64,000 nucleotides of DNA from an uncultured Pseudomonadota bacterium. GTDB taxonomy: Bacteria > Pseudomonadota > Gammaproteobacteria > Burkholderiales > JALYOK01. Position numbers and translations under genes: made by a program. Shown here piece by piece: positions 44,190 through 54,528 of the stretch; positions within the stretch are counted from its first letter, which is position 1, and each line of letters opens with the position of its first letter. The notes below the pieces were generated by a model. That model was not told where the DNA came from, made no database searches, and saw only the letters and a program-made list of their open reading frames with translations. Location: positions 275,824 to 339,823 of the forward strand of contig CAVQPB010000005.1 of the NCBI GenBank assembly GCA_963714525.1, written 5' to 3'.

Positions 44190-45956
44190 TCAACCGCTTT
44201 CCAGCGCGGACGATTCGTTATACGAAAATCGAATCGATTCCGGATAGGGAAAAATATCTTCCACATGTCCGGCTGAAATACGCCGCTGGGTGGCGGTCCA
44301 GTAATCCGCATCGAGCAGATCCGCATGATGAGCCATGAAGCGCTCGCGTATCTTCGGATCGGTCAGCAGGAACGTCGCAAATTCCTCAGGGAAGATGTCG
44401 TTCGGCGCGACCGCATACCACGGTTCTGCAGCGAGTTCGTCTTCGTCATTGCGCGGCGGCGGAATGCGGCGGAAATTGCAGTTGGTCAGATAGTCGATTT
44501 CGTCGTAGTCGTAAAACACCACCCGGCCATAGCGCGTGACACCGAAGTTCTTATAGAGCAAATCGCCGGCAAAAATATTCGCTGCGGCAAGCTGTTTGAG
44601 CGCGCGGCCATATTCAAGCATGGCATGATCGCGCTCTTTGTCGTTAGCCTTGTCGAGATAGATGTTGAGCGGGATCATGCGGCGCTCGATGTAAAGATGC
44701 TTGATGACGAGATTGCCGCCGTCTTCTTCCAGTTGCGATGGGACCAGCGCGTGCAGTTCGTCCAGCAGTTCCCGGGTAAATCGATTTTTCGGAAACGCGA
44801 CATCGGAATACTCAAGCGTGTCCGCCATGCGGCCAACCCGATCGTGCAGCTTCACCATCAAATACTTGGCTTTCACTAGATCGCGATTGGTATCTTTCGG
44901 CGGCGCCACCACGTCGCGGATAACCTTGAACACATAGGGGTAAGAGGGCAGGGTGAACACCAACATCACTAAACCCTTGATGCCGGGTGCGATAATAAAA
45001 TCGTCGCTGGAATGTTTCAGGTGATGCAGAAAGTCGCGATAAAAAAGCGTCTTGCCGTGTTTTTGTAAGCCGAGGATGGTGTAGAGCTCCCACTTGGGCC
45101 GATTCGGCAGCATACTGCGCAAGAACTGAACATAGGCCGACGGCACCTCCATGTCCACCATGAAATACGCCCGGTAGGAACTGAACAAAATATCCAAATG
45201 GTAACGGCTAACGAGCACCGTATCGAGATAGAGTTTACCCTGGGAATCGTGCAGTATCGGTATCGCGAAAGGGAACTCGTGATTACCGTTAATGACTTTG
45301 CCCACCAAGTAAGCACCCTTGTTGCGATAAAACAGCGAGCTCAACACTTGGATTTGATGGTTCGCCTCTAGATGAAACGGCCGTAGCAACTGCCGGCGCC
45401 AAACGCCCATCACGTGGCGCAGATCGTGTTTAAGGTTCGCGAACGGGCGCGTAAGCCGCATGTCAGCGACAACCTCCTCGATGGCACGGCGCAGACCCAC
45501 CTTGCCCGGATAGTAGCAGCGGTAGGCGGGTGGCTCCGAATCCATATACTCGGTGGAAATCGCCGGGCGCACAAAAATATAATCGTTATGAAAATACGTG
45601 CGATGCAAAATGCTGCAACAAACGGAATTGAAAAAGCTCTCCGCTAATTCCGGCTGTTTGTGATTGCTCAAAAGCCCGATGTAATTCAACTTGATTTGCT
45701 GCCATTCGGAACCTAACGATTCGGCGTGAAACTCGTGTTCCAAATGCTCAACGGATTCTTTCACGCGCTGATCGTAAAACAAAATCCGATCGCGGTTGGC
45801 CTTCTGGCCGATCGCCCAATCGCCTTGCTCGAAGCGCATTTTCGCCGCGGTGCTGGTTTCCTTAAAAATCCGATAGTGCTTGTTGAAACCGTCCAGCAGC
45901 GCGCGCGCCACGGCGTAGGCAACATCGGTTTTGATAATTGGGTTGGCGCGTTCCAT
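44190..45956 (-). CDS. aceK: Isocitrate dehydrogenase kinase/phosphatase
   Basis: AESFFNSV, GKTLFYRD, APGIKGLVM, HDRVGRMADT and KNFGVTRYGRVVFYDYDEI. Confidence 0.96.
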   Translation of the reverse strand: MERANPIIKTDVAYAVARALLDGFNKHYRIFKETSTAAKMRFEQGDWAIGQKANRDRILFYDQRVKESVEHLEHEFHAESLGSEWQQIKLNYIGLLSNHKQPELAESFFNSVCCSILHRTYFHNDYIFVRPAISTEYMDSEPPAYRCYYPGKVGLRRAIEEVVADMRLTRPFANLKHDLRHVMGVWRRQLLRPFHLEANHQIQVLSSLFYRNKGAYLVGKVINGNHEFPFAIPILHDSQGKLYLDTVLVSRYHLDILFSSYRAYFMVDMEVPSAYVQFLRSMLPNRPKWELYTILGLQKHGKTLFYRDFLHHLKHSSDDFIIAPGIKGLVMLVFTLPSYPYVFKVIRDVVAPPKDTNRDLVKAKYLMVKLHDRVGRMADTLEYSDVAFPKNRFTRELLDELHALVPSQLEEDGGNLVIKHLYIERRMIPLNIYLDKANDKERDHAMLEYGRALKQLAAANIFAGDLLYKNFGVTRYGRVVFYDYDEIDYLTNCNFRRIPPPRNDEDELAAEPWYAVAPNDIFPEEFATFLLTDPKIRERFMAHHADLLDADYWTATQRRISAGHVEDIFPYPESIRFSYNESSALESG

Positions 45957-46020
45957 TACAACTTTCGTGCTGTTGTCGTTTTCTCGTGGGGGATTATAAA
46001 GTGGGTCGCATACTTAGACC

Positions 46021-46200
46021 TAGTGTAATGTTTCGTGCTTAACGGGACAAACAAATAAGAATGCGGGATTTTCCATCTGGAGGGCTGGCCTAGGGCCATC
46101 AGACGCGATGAAGCCGCATGGCGGGCTCGCTGCAACCACGAGTAACAACGCTAGACGGACAACGACGCATTTTTATGTTTTGTTAAGTACGCAACACTAT
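46021..46200. repeat. MITE-like element with imperfect 15-bp TIRs
   Basis: tgtttcgtgcttaac (46029) versus gttaagtacgcaaca (46182-46196), 13/15. Confidence 0.45.
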
Positions 46201-46367
46201 ACAAGGGTAAGGCAGAAAAACGAATCGCCGTGGCGCGTGCCGACCTTCTAACGGACTGGGTTGCGGCCGCTCGGCTGCAACTTACGTCGTGGGGCTGCGA
46301 CGAAAAAGTGGTTTGCGGTCGATGGGTGGTTCCTAGGCAAGCATCGAGTTTCGGCTAGCGACCCGAA

Positions 46368-47354
46368 TCATTGGATCACCTGATCCGCTCGCACCAGCAT
46401 CGCCTGCGGCACAACAATACCCAATTGCCGCGCCGCTCTTGCATTGACGATAAGCTTGAACTCGCGCGGTTCCTCAATCGCCATCTCGGCGGGTTTTTCG
46501 CCTTTCAGTATGCGCGCTACATAGTGCCCGGCGCGGCGGTAGATGTCCTCGAAGTCAGGGCCGTACACCGCGATCGCATTGCCCACCAACTGCGGCACGT
46601 CGTGCATGAATGGTATCCCGTAGTTGATCGACAGCAGCGCCAGTTTGTCGGTGATGTCCTGGTTGCTCGTCATCGGCGCGGTGATGAGGGCCTGAACCCT
46701 GGCGTCCTGGGCGCGTTTAAGACCCGCTTCCAGGTCGTTCTTACCGGCATCGACCGGAATCCGCACCAGAATTAGGCCGAGCGTGGCGGCCGCCTTGTCC
46801 ATCAGCACCAGTTCCTCTTCGCAACTTGCGAGCAGGCCCTCGTCGATGAAGGTGCCCAGACGCTTGATTCCCGGGATCAGTTCGGTGAGGAGTTGCATGC
46901 GCTTGCCGATGAGTTCGGCATTGGCGGTGGTAACTCCGGTGATATGCTTGCCCGGGCGCGCCAGCGAAACCGCGTAATCGACCGCGATCGGGTCGGTGAC
47001 GGTGGCGATTACGGTCGGGATTCGACGGCTGGCATACCAGGCCGCATCGGCCATAGGCTTCGCCGGGGCAAACAACACGTCAACCTTCTCGGCGACAATC
47101 TCGCGCGCCAGCGCGCGTAGCTTGCGCAGGTCGCCGTCAGCCGACCGGCTGACGAACTCGAGATTCTTACCCTCAATGTACCCGGCTTCGCGCAAACCCT
47201 TTACCAAGCCGCGCGTCGTAAGCTCGCTGTACATACCGCTGGATTGCAGCATCAGCCAGCCGACTCGGGCCGGGCGGGTCTGGGCCTGCGCTGCGCTGCC
47301 GAAGAGCAACAGCGCGACAAGCGCCGCTTTGGCCGCCTTCATGAAATTGCCCAT
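46368..47354 (-). CDS. ABC transporter substrate-binding protein (ABC_sub_bind type), stand-alone
   Basis: GYIEGKNL, DPIAVDYAVSLARPGKHITG, RILKGEKPA and VNARAARQLG. Confidence 0.9.
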   Translation of the reverse strand: MGNFMKAAKAALVALLLFGSAAQAQTRPARVGWLMLQSSGMYSELTTRGLVKGLREAGYIEGKNLEFVSRSADGDLRKLRALAREIVAEKVDVLFAPAKPMADAAWYASRRIPTVIATVTDPIAVDYAVSLARPGKHITGVTTANAELIGKRMQLLTELIPGIKRLGTFIDEGLLASCEEELVLMDKAAATLGLILVRIPVDAGKNDLEAGLKRAQDARVQALITAPMTSNQDITDKLALLSINYGIPFMHDVPQLVGNAIAVYGPDFEDIYRRAGHYVARILKGEKPAEMAIEEPREFKLIVNARAARQLGIVVPQAMLVRADQVIQ

Positions 47355-47581
47355 CGTCATCCTCCTGCTATGGTCAGGCAATAAAGTTTTTAAATTCTCC
47401 TTTGCGCCGACTTTTGATCTTACCCCAAGCCAGCGAGTAGTCAACTCTCGCCATCAATGGCTGCTTGCGGCTGGCATTGAGCCACTTGCCGCGCCTTGTG
47501 CCGAACCCAACGCCAATCGACACCTGTCCGTGGTTCGTTGGGTTTCGCTTCGCAAACCCAGGCTACATTTTTTTTGGTCGT

Positions 47582-47652
47582 GCCACGAACCGCATCCAGC
47601 TTGCCTCGCGGCAAGGCATGTCCTGGGAGGCAAGATCCATGCGCCTCCTGGC
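47582..47652 (+). repeat. About 73-bp palindromic repeat family, copy 2
   Basis: ccgcatccagcttgcc...ggcaagatccatgcgcctcctggc. Confidence 0.6.
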
Positions 47653-47668
47653 ACGATATTATTTTCAA

Positions 47669-48892
47669 CTACTCGTAACGCAATGCTTCCACGGGCCGTA
47701 GGCTTGCCGCGCGGCGAGCGGGATAGAGCCCGAAAAAAATTCCCGTCGCCGCCGCGACGCCGAAGGCCAGCAGCATCGCGCGGCTGCTGAGTTCCACTTC
47801 CATGCCGAAGCCCATGGCAGCGCCATAGGCGCCCCACACGCCGAGGGCGACGCCGATTAGTCCTCCTATGATGGACATGATCACCGCCTCCAGCAAAAAT
47901 TGTAGCAAGATATCCCAGCGCCGCGCGCCGATGGCCATGCGCACGCCGATCTCGCGGGTGCGTTCAGTGACCGAGACCAACATGATGTTCATGATGCCGA
48001 TACCGCCGACGAGCAACGATATTGACCCGATCGCGCCTAGCATCATCGACAGCGCCTGTGCCGCTGCCGACGCGCTCTCTGCCGCCGCGGCGAGGTTGCG
48101 TACGGTGAAATCGTCGTCTGCGCCGGGCTGAATACGATGGCGTTGCCGCAGGAGCTGTTTTATGTCCTCTTCCGCTTCGTCCATCCGCTCGGCTGATTTC
48201 GCTTGTACGCTGATGAAGCGGACGGTGCCGGGATAGGGATTGCCGAATAACTTGCTCTGCGCGGTGGTGATCGGAACCAACACGGTGTCATCTTGATCGC
48301 GGCCATCCAGACTCTGGCCTTTGGGCGCCAGCGTCCCGGTGATCAGGAACGGCAAATTTTTTATGCGTATGGTTTTGCCGATGGGATTTTCATCGCCGAA
48401 CAAATTTTTGCTGACGGTTTGGCCGACGATGGCGTTACGCGCGGCGTTGCGAACATCTGCTTCGCTAAGGATGTCGCCTTCCTCTATGGTCCAAGAGCGG
48501 GCGGTGAAATATTCGGGCGTGACACCGGTGATCTGCGTGCTCCAATTGTTTGCGCCGAATATGACTTGCGCGTTACCCGAGGAGATCGGCGCAGACGCGG
48601 CGATCGACGGTAACTTGCCGATGGCTTCCGCATCTTTAATGGTCACCGTGGGCGATGATCCCGCTCCGCCGCGCAATCCTCCCGCCGAGGTGGAACCGGA
48701 CAACACGATAAACAAATTGCTCCCCATCGACTGCACCGAGCGGTTGACACTTTGTTTCGCGCCTTCGCCGATCGCCAGCATCAGCACCACGGCGGCGACA
48801 CCGATAATCATGCCGAGCATGGTTAAGGCGGTGCGCATGCGATTGGCGCCCAACGCACGCCAGGCTTCACCCAAGGTGGCGAAGGGATTCAT
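47669..48892 (-). CDS. MacB-like ABC transporter permease
   Basis: LTMLGMIIGVAAV, GGIGIMNIMLVSVTERTREIG and FFGLYPA. Confidence 0.93.
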   Translation of the reverse strand: MNPFATLGEAWRALGANRMRTALTMLGMIIGVAAVVLMLAIGEGAKQSVNRSVQSMGSNLFIVLSGSTSAGGLRGGAGSSPTVTIKDAEAIGKLPSIAASAPISSGNAQVIFGANNWSTQITGVTPEYFTARSWTIEEGDILSEADVRNAARNAIVGQTVSKNLFGDENPIGKTIRIKNLPFLITGTLAPKGQSLDGRDQDDTVLVPITTAQSKLFGNPYPGTVRFISVQAKSAERMDEAEEDIKQLLRQRHRIQPGADDDFTVRNLAAAAESASAAAQALSMMLGAIGSISLLVGGIGIMNIMLVSVTERTREIGVRMAIGARRWDILLQFLLEAVIMSIIGGLIGVALGVWGAYGAAMGFGMEVELSSRAMLLAFGVAAATGIFFGLYPARRAASLRPVEALRYE

Positions 48893-49593
48893 AGATGATT
48901 AACGGGACCGTCGTGAACGACGACACCGTCCTTAAACCGGATCAGCCGATTGGCGAAGTTCGCGATATCCTGCTCGTGGGTCACCAATAGGATAGTCATG
49001 CCGGCGTCGCGGTTGAGTTGCGTGAAGACGTTCATGATCTCGCTGCTGGTCTCGCTGTCTAGATTGCCGGTGGGTTCGTCGGCCAAGATCACTTTGGGCG
49101 AATTCGCCAAAGCCCTAGCGATGGCGACCCGCTGTTGCTGGCCGCCGGAGAGACGATTCGGCAACGACTTTGCGTACTTACCGAGTCCCATCTGCGCCAA
49201 CAGTTCTTGAGCACGGGTGCGTCGCGCTTGTTTCCCGACACCGGCGTAGAGCAACGGCAGCGCTACGTTGTCCAGCGCATTGACCCGCTTCAACAGATTG
49301 AAGCCCTGGAAGACAAAGCCGAGTTGGCGATTGCGAACGTCGGCTAACTCATTGATGCTGAGGTCGGCGACGTTGCGGCCGTTGAGAAAATAGGCGCCGG
49401 AAGTCGGCACGTCCAGGCAACCCAATAGATTCATGAAGGTCGATTTGCCGGAACCCGATGGGCCCATGACGGCGACGAATTCTCCAGCATCGATATCGAC
49501 GTTCACTTTGTTCAGCGCCGGCGGCGTGTCGGGTGCAGCGGTGTCGTACTGCTTGCCTAAGTTTTGAACCCGAATAAGTGGCTGGTTGGTCAC
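48889..49593 (-). CDS. ABC transporter ATP-binding protein (LolD/MacB-type)
   Basis: GPSGSGKST, LSGGQQQRV and LADEPTG. Confidence 0.95.
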   Translation of the reverse strand: MTNQPLIRVQNLGKQYDTAAPDTPPALNKVNVDIDAGEFVAVMGPSGSGKSTFMNLLGCLDVPTSGAYFLNGRNVADLSINELADVRNRQLGFVFQGFNLLKRVNALDNVALPLLYAGVGKQARRTRAQELLAQMGLGKYAKSLPNRLSGGQQQRVAIARALANSPKVILADEPTGNLDSETSSEIMNVFTQLNRDAGMTILLVTHEQDIANFANRLIRFKDGVVVHDGPVNHL

Positions 49594-49603
49594 CTTCTGG
49601 CGG

Positions 49604-50746
49604 CTACATCATGCGAAAGCGGAACGGACTCTGATCGGCTTGACCTTTACGTGCGCCGAGGTCGCGGGTGATCACTTCATCGCCTTCGCTCACGTCGCCG
49701 GAAACAATTTCGGTGTAGAGATTATCGGCGATGCCGAGCTTGACCGTGAACGATGCCGGTTTGCCTTCGATCAACTTATAAAGCTTCGGTTTGTTGTCCT
49801 TGCTCGCTAATTCGCCATCGCTGGGTTTGTAGCGCAGCGCGGCATTTGCGACGCGCAACACTTGCGACCGCTGCTGAGTATTGATCTGCACGTGGGCTGT
49901 CATGCCCGGTAACAATACACCTTCGCTGTTGTCCGCCGCGACGACCACGTTATAGGTCACGACATTTTGCTGGATCGTCGGGTTCAAGCGTACTTGCTTG
50001 ACGTTGCCGGGAAAAATTTTGTCCTGGAAGGTGTCGACAGAAAAACTCACTGGCTGATTGAGCTTGATCTTGCCGATATCGGCTTCGGCGATACTGGTCT
50101 CAATCTGCATGACTTTGAGATCCTGCGCGATTTGGAACAAGGTCGGCGTCTGAAAACTTGCGGCGACGGTCTGGCCGATATCGACAGGGCGGGCGATGAC
50201 GATGCCGGAGATCGGCGAGCGGATAGTGCTGTAGCGCAGATTCGCCTGATCGCGCTCGACCTGCGCTTTGGCGACCTTGACTTGCGCGCTGGCGGCTTCC
50301 AGCGCTTCGATTGCTTCGTCGAGTTGCGACTGGACGACGAAGCCCTTACCGACCAAAGTGCGGGCGCGCACCTCCCGGGTTTTCGCGAGTTTACGATTGG
50401 CCTCGGCGCTCACCAAGTTGGCTTCGCTTTGCTTTAAGGTGGCGTTGAGGATAGAGGGGTCCAGTTCCGCCAATATCTGATTAGCGATGACTTGATCGTT
50501 GAAATTAACGTGCAGTTTCTGAATGGTGCCGGAGATCTGTGTGCCGACATTGACTACTACTACCGGATTCAAAGTGCCGTTTGCCGTAATGGTTTGCACT
50601 ACGTCGCCGCGCTCTATTTTTTCGGTCTTGAATTTCGGCGCAGGATTTTCCGCGGGTATTTTCTTCCACAGCGCATAGCCGGCGCCGCTGGCCGCTAGCA
50701 GCATCAGCCAGAAAACGAATCGCCATGGGAGCGCGAGCTTACGCAT
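49604..50746 (-). CDS. MacA-like periplasmic adaptor (membrane fusion protein)
   Basis: VGTQISG, IRSPISG and GQTVAASFQTPTLF; the start overlaps the soxB stop. Confidence 0.92.
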   Translation of the reverse strand: MRKLALPWRFVFWLMLLAASGAGYALWKKIPAENPAPKFKTEKIERGDVVQTITANGTLNPVVVVNVGTQISGTIQKLHVNFNDQVIANQILAELDPSILNATLKQSEANLVSAEANRKLAKTREVRARTLVGKGFVVQSQLDEAIEALEAASAQVKVAKAQVERDQANLRYSTIRSPISGIVIARPVDIGQTVAASFQTPTLFQIAQDLKVMQIETSIAEADIGKIKLNQPVSFSVDTFQDKIFPGNVKQVRLNPTIQQNVVTYNVVVAADNSEGVLLPGMTAHVQINTQQRSQVLRVANAALRYKPSDGELASKDNKPKLYKLIEGKPASFTVKLGIADNLYTEIVSGDVSEGDEVITRDLGARKGQADQSPFRFRMM

Positions 50747-52445
50747 CCCAACCCGGGTTTCCATTAACGCCTACCAGCTTAGGTAAATTAAGCTCACCCA
50801 TGGTAACGGTGCCTTTATCGCGCAGATAACGGGTTACTACGTTCCAGATCGGCGGGCCGGATGCACTCTCGTCGAGCGAGGCCCAGCTCGCGACTTTATA
50901 CTTACGGCTTACTTCCAGGGGTTTGCCGTTCAGGCTCAAGCTGGCGATTCGAGCGCCGTTTCTAGCCGCTGGCTCGATCGCGTATTGCATCCCGCCGACC
51001 CGCGTCATGTCGCCACCCTGTTGTAAATAGGGATCGGGATTAAAGAGATTATCGGCTTTGTCCTCGAGGAATAGCTTGATCTGCGCGCCGGACATTTCCC
51101 TGACTTCGGCGGAGGGGTAAGTGATCGCCGTCTGCGCGAGCAAGTCTTCGCGGGTGATGGACGAACCCGGCAACAGCGCCGTACCCCAGCGGAACCCTGA
51201 CGAGAACGCGATCTCCGCATCCATCACCTCCATCATGGCGGCGAGTATGAGTTGATCGAAACTACCATTAAAATTGCCGCGCCGGTAAAGCAGGGTTTCG
51301 GTGGTGGCGAGTTCCTGCTGCAGTCTGGGCAAGAAAGGTTCGCGATGGCGTTGTATCAATGCCTCCATGTCGTGGTCGGCCTCGATAAGATTCGCAAATA
51401 CCGGTAACAAGCGATAGCGGAATCCATCGACCCGCCCGGCTTTAACGTCGAGATCCATGACGGCGAGGAACTTGCCGTTCGAGCCGGCATTGGTCACCAA
51501 GGTTTTTCCGCCAGGATTGGCAACCATGATGGGTTCCGGCGTCGCATCGTGGGTATGGCCGCCGAAGATCACGTCGATTCCCGTTACCCGCGATGCGAGT
51601 TTGAGGTCCACATCCATGCCGTTGTGGGATAGCAACACGATCACACCCACACCCTGGGCACGCAAAGCGTCGATCGTATTTTGTAACGGCTCCTCCTGGA
51701 TGCCGAAACTCCATAACGGCACTTTGTAAGCTGGGTTAGCGATCGGCGTGTAGGGAAAGGCTTGCCCTATCACCGCGACGCGCACGCCATTGATCTCGCG
51801 GACGACGTGAGATTTGAATACCGCGTCACCGAAATCGCGAGTGCTGACATTCTGCGCCAGGAAATCGATCTTGCCGCGAAAATCCTTTTCTATAATCTCA
51901 GTCACACGCTCCGCGCCCAAAGTGAATTCCCAATGGCCGGTCATGACGTCGACGCCGAGCAATTTCGATGCGTCGACCATGTCTTGGCCATTGGTCCAGA
52001 GCGCCGTCGCGGAACCCTGCCAGGAGTCGCCGCCATCGAGTAATAGCGCGCCAGGTCTATCTGCCCGCAGCCGTTTGATCAATGTAGCGAGATGGGCGAA
52101 GCCGCCGACCTTGCCGTAGGTACGGGCGGCCTCGACGAAATCGAGATGGGTGAAGGCGTGGGCGTAGCGAGAATGCGGCGGAATACCGAAATGTTTGAGC
52201 ATGGCCGCGCCGACCAGATGCGGCGGTTTTCCGCGATGACGGCCTAAGCCCAGATTGATATTGGGTTCGCGAAAATACGCCGGTAATAACTGGGCGTGGC
52301 AATCGGTGAAGTGCAGCAATGAGACGTTGCCAAACACCGGAATGTCATAACCAACGCCGTTTTTGGCGGCAGCGGTGTCGAAAGAAAATCCGGCAACTCC
52401 GGCGGCCCCCAACGTCTGTAAAAATTCCCGTCGCGTCATCGCCAT
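50739..52445 (-). CDS. soxB: Thiosulfohydrolase SoxB
   Basis: Tat signal RREF, HFTDCHAQ, DGGDSWQG, GHWEF, SHNG, GGHTH and YRRGNF. Confidence 0.95.
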   Translation of the reverse strand: MAMTRREFLQTLGAAGVAGFSFDTAAAKNGVGYDIPVFGNVSLLHFTDCHAQLLPAYFREPNINLGLGRHRGKPPHLVGAAMLKHFGIPPHSRYAHAFTHLDFVEAARTYGKVGGFAHLATLIKRLRADRPGALLLDGGDSWQGSATALWTNGQDMVDASKLLGVDVMTGHWEFTLGAERVTEIIEKDFRGKIDFLAQNVSTRDFGDAVFKSHVVREINGVRVAVIGQAFPYTPIANPAYKVPLWSFGIQEEPLQNTIDALRAQGVGVIVLLSHNGMDVDLKLASRVTGIDVIFGGHTHDATPEPIMVANPGGKTLVTNAGSNGKFLAVMDLDVKAGRVDGFRYRLLPVFANLIEADHDMEALIQRHREPFLPRLQQELATTETLLYRRGNFNGSFDQLILAAMMEVMDAEIAFSSGFRWGTALLPGSSITREDLLAQTAITYPSAEVREMSGAQIKLFLEDKADNLFNPDPYLQQGGDMTRVGGMQYAIEPAARNGARIASLSLNGKPLEVSRKYKVASWASLDESASGPPIWNVVTRYLRDKGTVTMGELNLPKLVGVNGNPGWDA

Positions 52446-52451
52446 CGAACG

Positions 52452-53303
52452 CTACTTTCGGTAAACCGATGCTTTGAGGGGGAGGCCGTTGCTCAGATAG
52501 GAATGGAAATATTCCAGGTTGTTGAAGTCCTCGCCGCCTTGTTCCAACGGCACGGCGCGAATCTGCTCCAGACAGCGCTTATAGCGAGCTTGGATGGTAT
52601 TAAGATTATCGCCGCCACGAAAAACCGGCCAATGGGTCGCTTGGCCTATTGTCGGCGAAAGAATTTCCGTACGCAACGTGTTGCCGGCATTTTGCACGTG
52701 GCAAGACGCGCAAGCAAAGTTGAGTTGACCGCGACGGGTGTAGAAAAAGCGCTTACCTGCTTCGAATTTTTCCAGCGCGGCCGGGCTATCGACTTTAATA
52801 TTCATCTTCATGCCGTCGGACAAAGTACGAGCGTAAGACATCAGCACGCCTAGCATGTTCATATCGGATATCTTAAGCGGCGGTTCGTTGTTCGCAACCA
52901 AACATAGGTTGATCGCCATTTCAAACGTGACGACTTTACCGAGTTTTTCGTCGTATAGCGGGTAATTGCCCGCGACCATTTTTCCGTTGTTGGGAAAGCA
53001 ATCGGCGTAGGTCTTGCCGTTCTTGAATGGCTGCTCCCACATGGCCTTGCCTTGATCGATCACCGGCGAGAAGGGTGGCCATTCCATGATGCTATCGTAT
53101 TGCTGCATCGCGTCTTCGCTCAGCATGAGGGCGCCGTAGACGTAGTCGTCCAGCGGTTTGGTTGGGAATTTTTTTTGATACAGTTCGACGAACGCAAGAC
53201 GGTCCTGCTCCGGATCCGTGCTGGCGTTGAGCGCTACGGAACCCAATGCAATAGTCGATAAAAATATCGACGCTGCCCACCGCAGAATCGCTTTGCGTCG
53301 CAT
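52452..53303 (-). CDS. soxA: Sulfur oxidation c-type cytochrome SoxA (single CxxCH)
   Basis: RRGQLNFACASCH and RYKRC with the catalytic Cys. Confidence 0.93.
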   Translation of the reverse strand: MRRKAILRWAASIFLSTIALGSVALNASTDPEQDRLAFVELYQKKFPTKPLDDYVYGALMLSEDAMQQYDSIMEWPPFSPVIDQGKAMWEQPFKNGKTYADCFPNNGKMVAGNYPLYDEKLGKVVTFEMAINLCLVANNEPPLKISDMNMLGVLMSYARTLSDGMKMNIKVDSPAALEKFEAGKRFFYTRRGQLNFACASCHVQNAGNTLRTEILSPTIGQATHWPVFRGGDNLNTIQARYKRCLEQIRAVPLEQGGEDFNNLEYFHSYLSNGLPLKASVYRK

Positions 53304-53310
53304 CGGTTAC

Positions 53311-53643
53311 TTAGCTCGGCTTGGCTTCGAGCTTGGTCTTGTCAGTGCGCTGATCGCCCTTGTTGTCGACCCACGTTACCGCCAACTCATCGCCGACCTT
53401 TGCGCCCTTAACCTTAAATCCGAGGAATGGGTTCTTCGAAATAGACGATCCAAACTGACCATCGACGACAGTCTTGCCGTTCAATGCGATAGTGACTTGT
53501 TGGATGAAATGGGGCTGGGACGCCATGACCCACTCGCCGTTATCGTTCTTCTTACGACCGGTTTCCATCGGATGGTTCATCAGAATTTTGATATCTGCAA
53601 TGTCGCCTGCGACTTGCGCGCGGATTTTCATCGGATCGGCCAT
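53311..53643 (-). CDS. soxZ: SoxZ
   Basis: HPMETG, PHFIQ, SISKNP and WVDNKG. Confidence 0.95.
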   Translation of the reverse strand: MADPMKIRAQVAGDIADIKILMNHPMETGRKKNDNGEWVMASQPHFIQQVTIALNGKTVVDGQFGSSISKNPFLGFKVKGAKVGDELAVTWVDNKGDQRTDKTKLEAKPS

Positions 53644-53678
53644 GCTTTATGTTCTCCAAAAATTACTGATGGTCACCA

Positions 53679-54137
53679 TTAACCGCAACCACCGATAGTG
53701 ACCTTAACTTCTTTGCTCGCCGTGTAATTTTTTCCGCCTGCCAGCACGACGACGCGGATGTTACCGGTATCGCCCATTTTGATGCGGGTTGAAATATAGG
53801 GCTCGACACCATCGGCTATTTCGAACTGTGCGATCAAGGGCTGTGGGTTTTTGTCGGCGAACAACGAAATCATTTGTGCGCCGGGAATCTTGCAATTCAC
53901 TTCCACCGGCACGACGGCGCTATTTTCCGCGATATCGGGTGCTTTGATGATAATGTCTTTGCTTTCGACGGCATTCTGCACACCCGCTCCTTTCAAGGCT
54001 TCCGGCAGGGTCTTGGCGTCAAATGCAACTTTATTCCACTCCGCTGCCAGCGCGTTCAATGGCCTGAGTAGACCCGTCACGGCGATGGCGCCAAAGGTGA
54101 AGACGCGGGAAATAAGTGTTCTACGTAAGCTATTCAT
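53679..54137 (-). CDS. soxY: Sulfur carrier SoxY
   Basis: RR signal, APDIAENSAVVPV, STRIKM and C-terminal VTIGGCG. Confidence 0.95.
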   Translation of the reverse strand: MNSLRRTLISRVFTFGAIAVTGLLRPLNALAAEWNKVAFDAKTLPEALKGAGVQNAVESKDIIIKAPDIAENSAVVPVEVNCKIPGAQMISLFADKNPQPLIAQFEIADGVEPYISTRIKMGDTGNIRVVVLAGGKNYTASKEVKVTIGGCG

Positions 54138-54152
54138 CGAGTCTCGTCGTTG

Positions 54153-54521
54153 TTATAAGTTGGCAACATAATCCAATATTTTATCAATTTCGCTTTCCGT
54201 CAGGATTTTGTGCCTACCGAAAGGCGGCATGACCGTCGACGGGTTGAAGGCGGTTGCATCCCAAATCTGTGCTCGCAACTTTGCGCGATCCGGGTAGCGC
54301 TCTTTCATGGCGACGAGCGGTGGGCCGATATTAGCGGAAGTAATCGCGCTGGGATCCCCCGGCATCTGGTGACAGGCGAGGCAGTTGCCTTTGGCGGTGC
54401 TGAACGTCAGTTCGCGGCCGCTTAACTGCTTATCGTCACCCGCGCGCGCGTAACCGAGGGTTAATGAAACCATAGCCATGCATATGGCGCCGAGGAAAGC
54501 TTTGTTCAAGTTTTGTACCAT
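54153..54521 (-). CDS. soxX: SoxX c-type cytochrome
   Basis: KGNCLACH, GNIGPPL-like ANIGPPL and TVMPPFG. Confidence 0.92.
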   Translation of the reverse strand: MVQNLNKAFLGAICMAMVSLTLGYARAGDDKQLSGRELTFSTAKGNCLACHQMPGDPSAITSANIGPPLVAMKERYPDRAKLRAQIWDATAFNPSTVMPPFGRHKILTESEIDKILDYVANL

Positions 54522-54528
54522 GCAAAGT

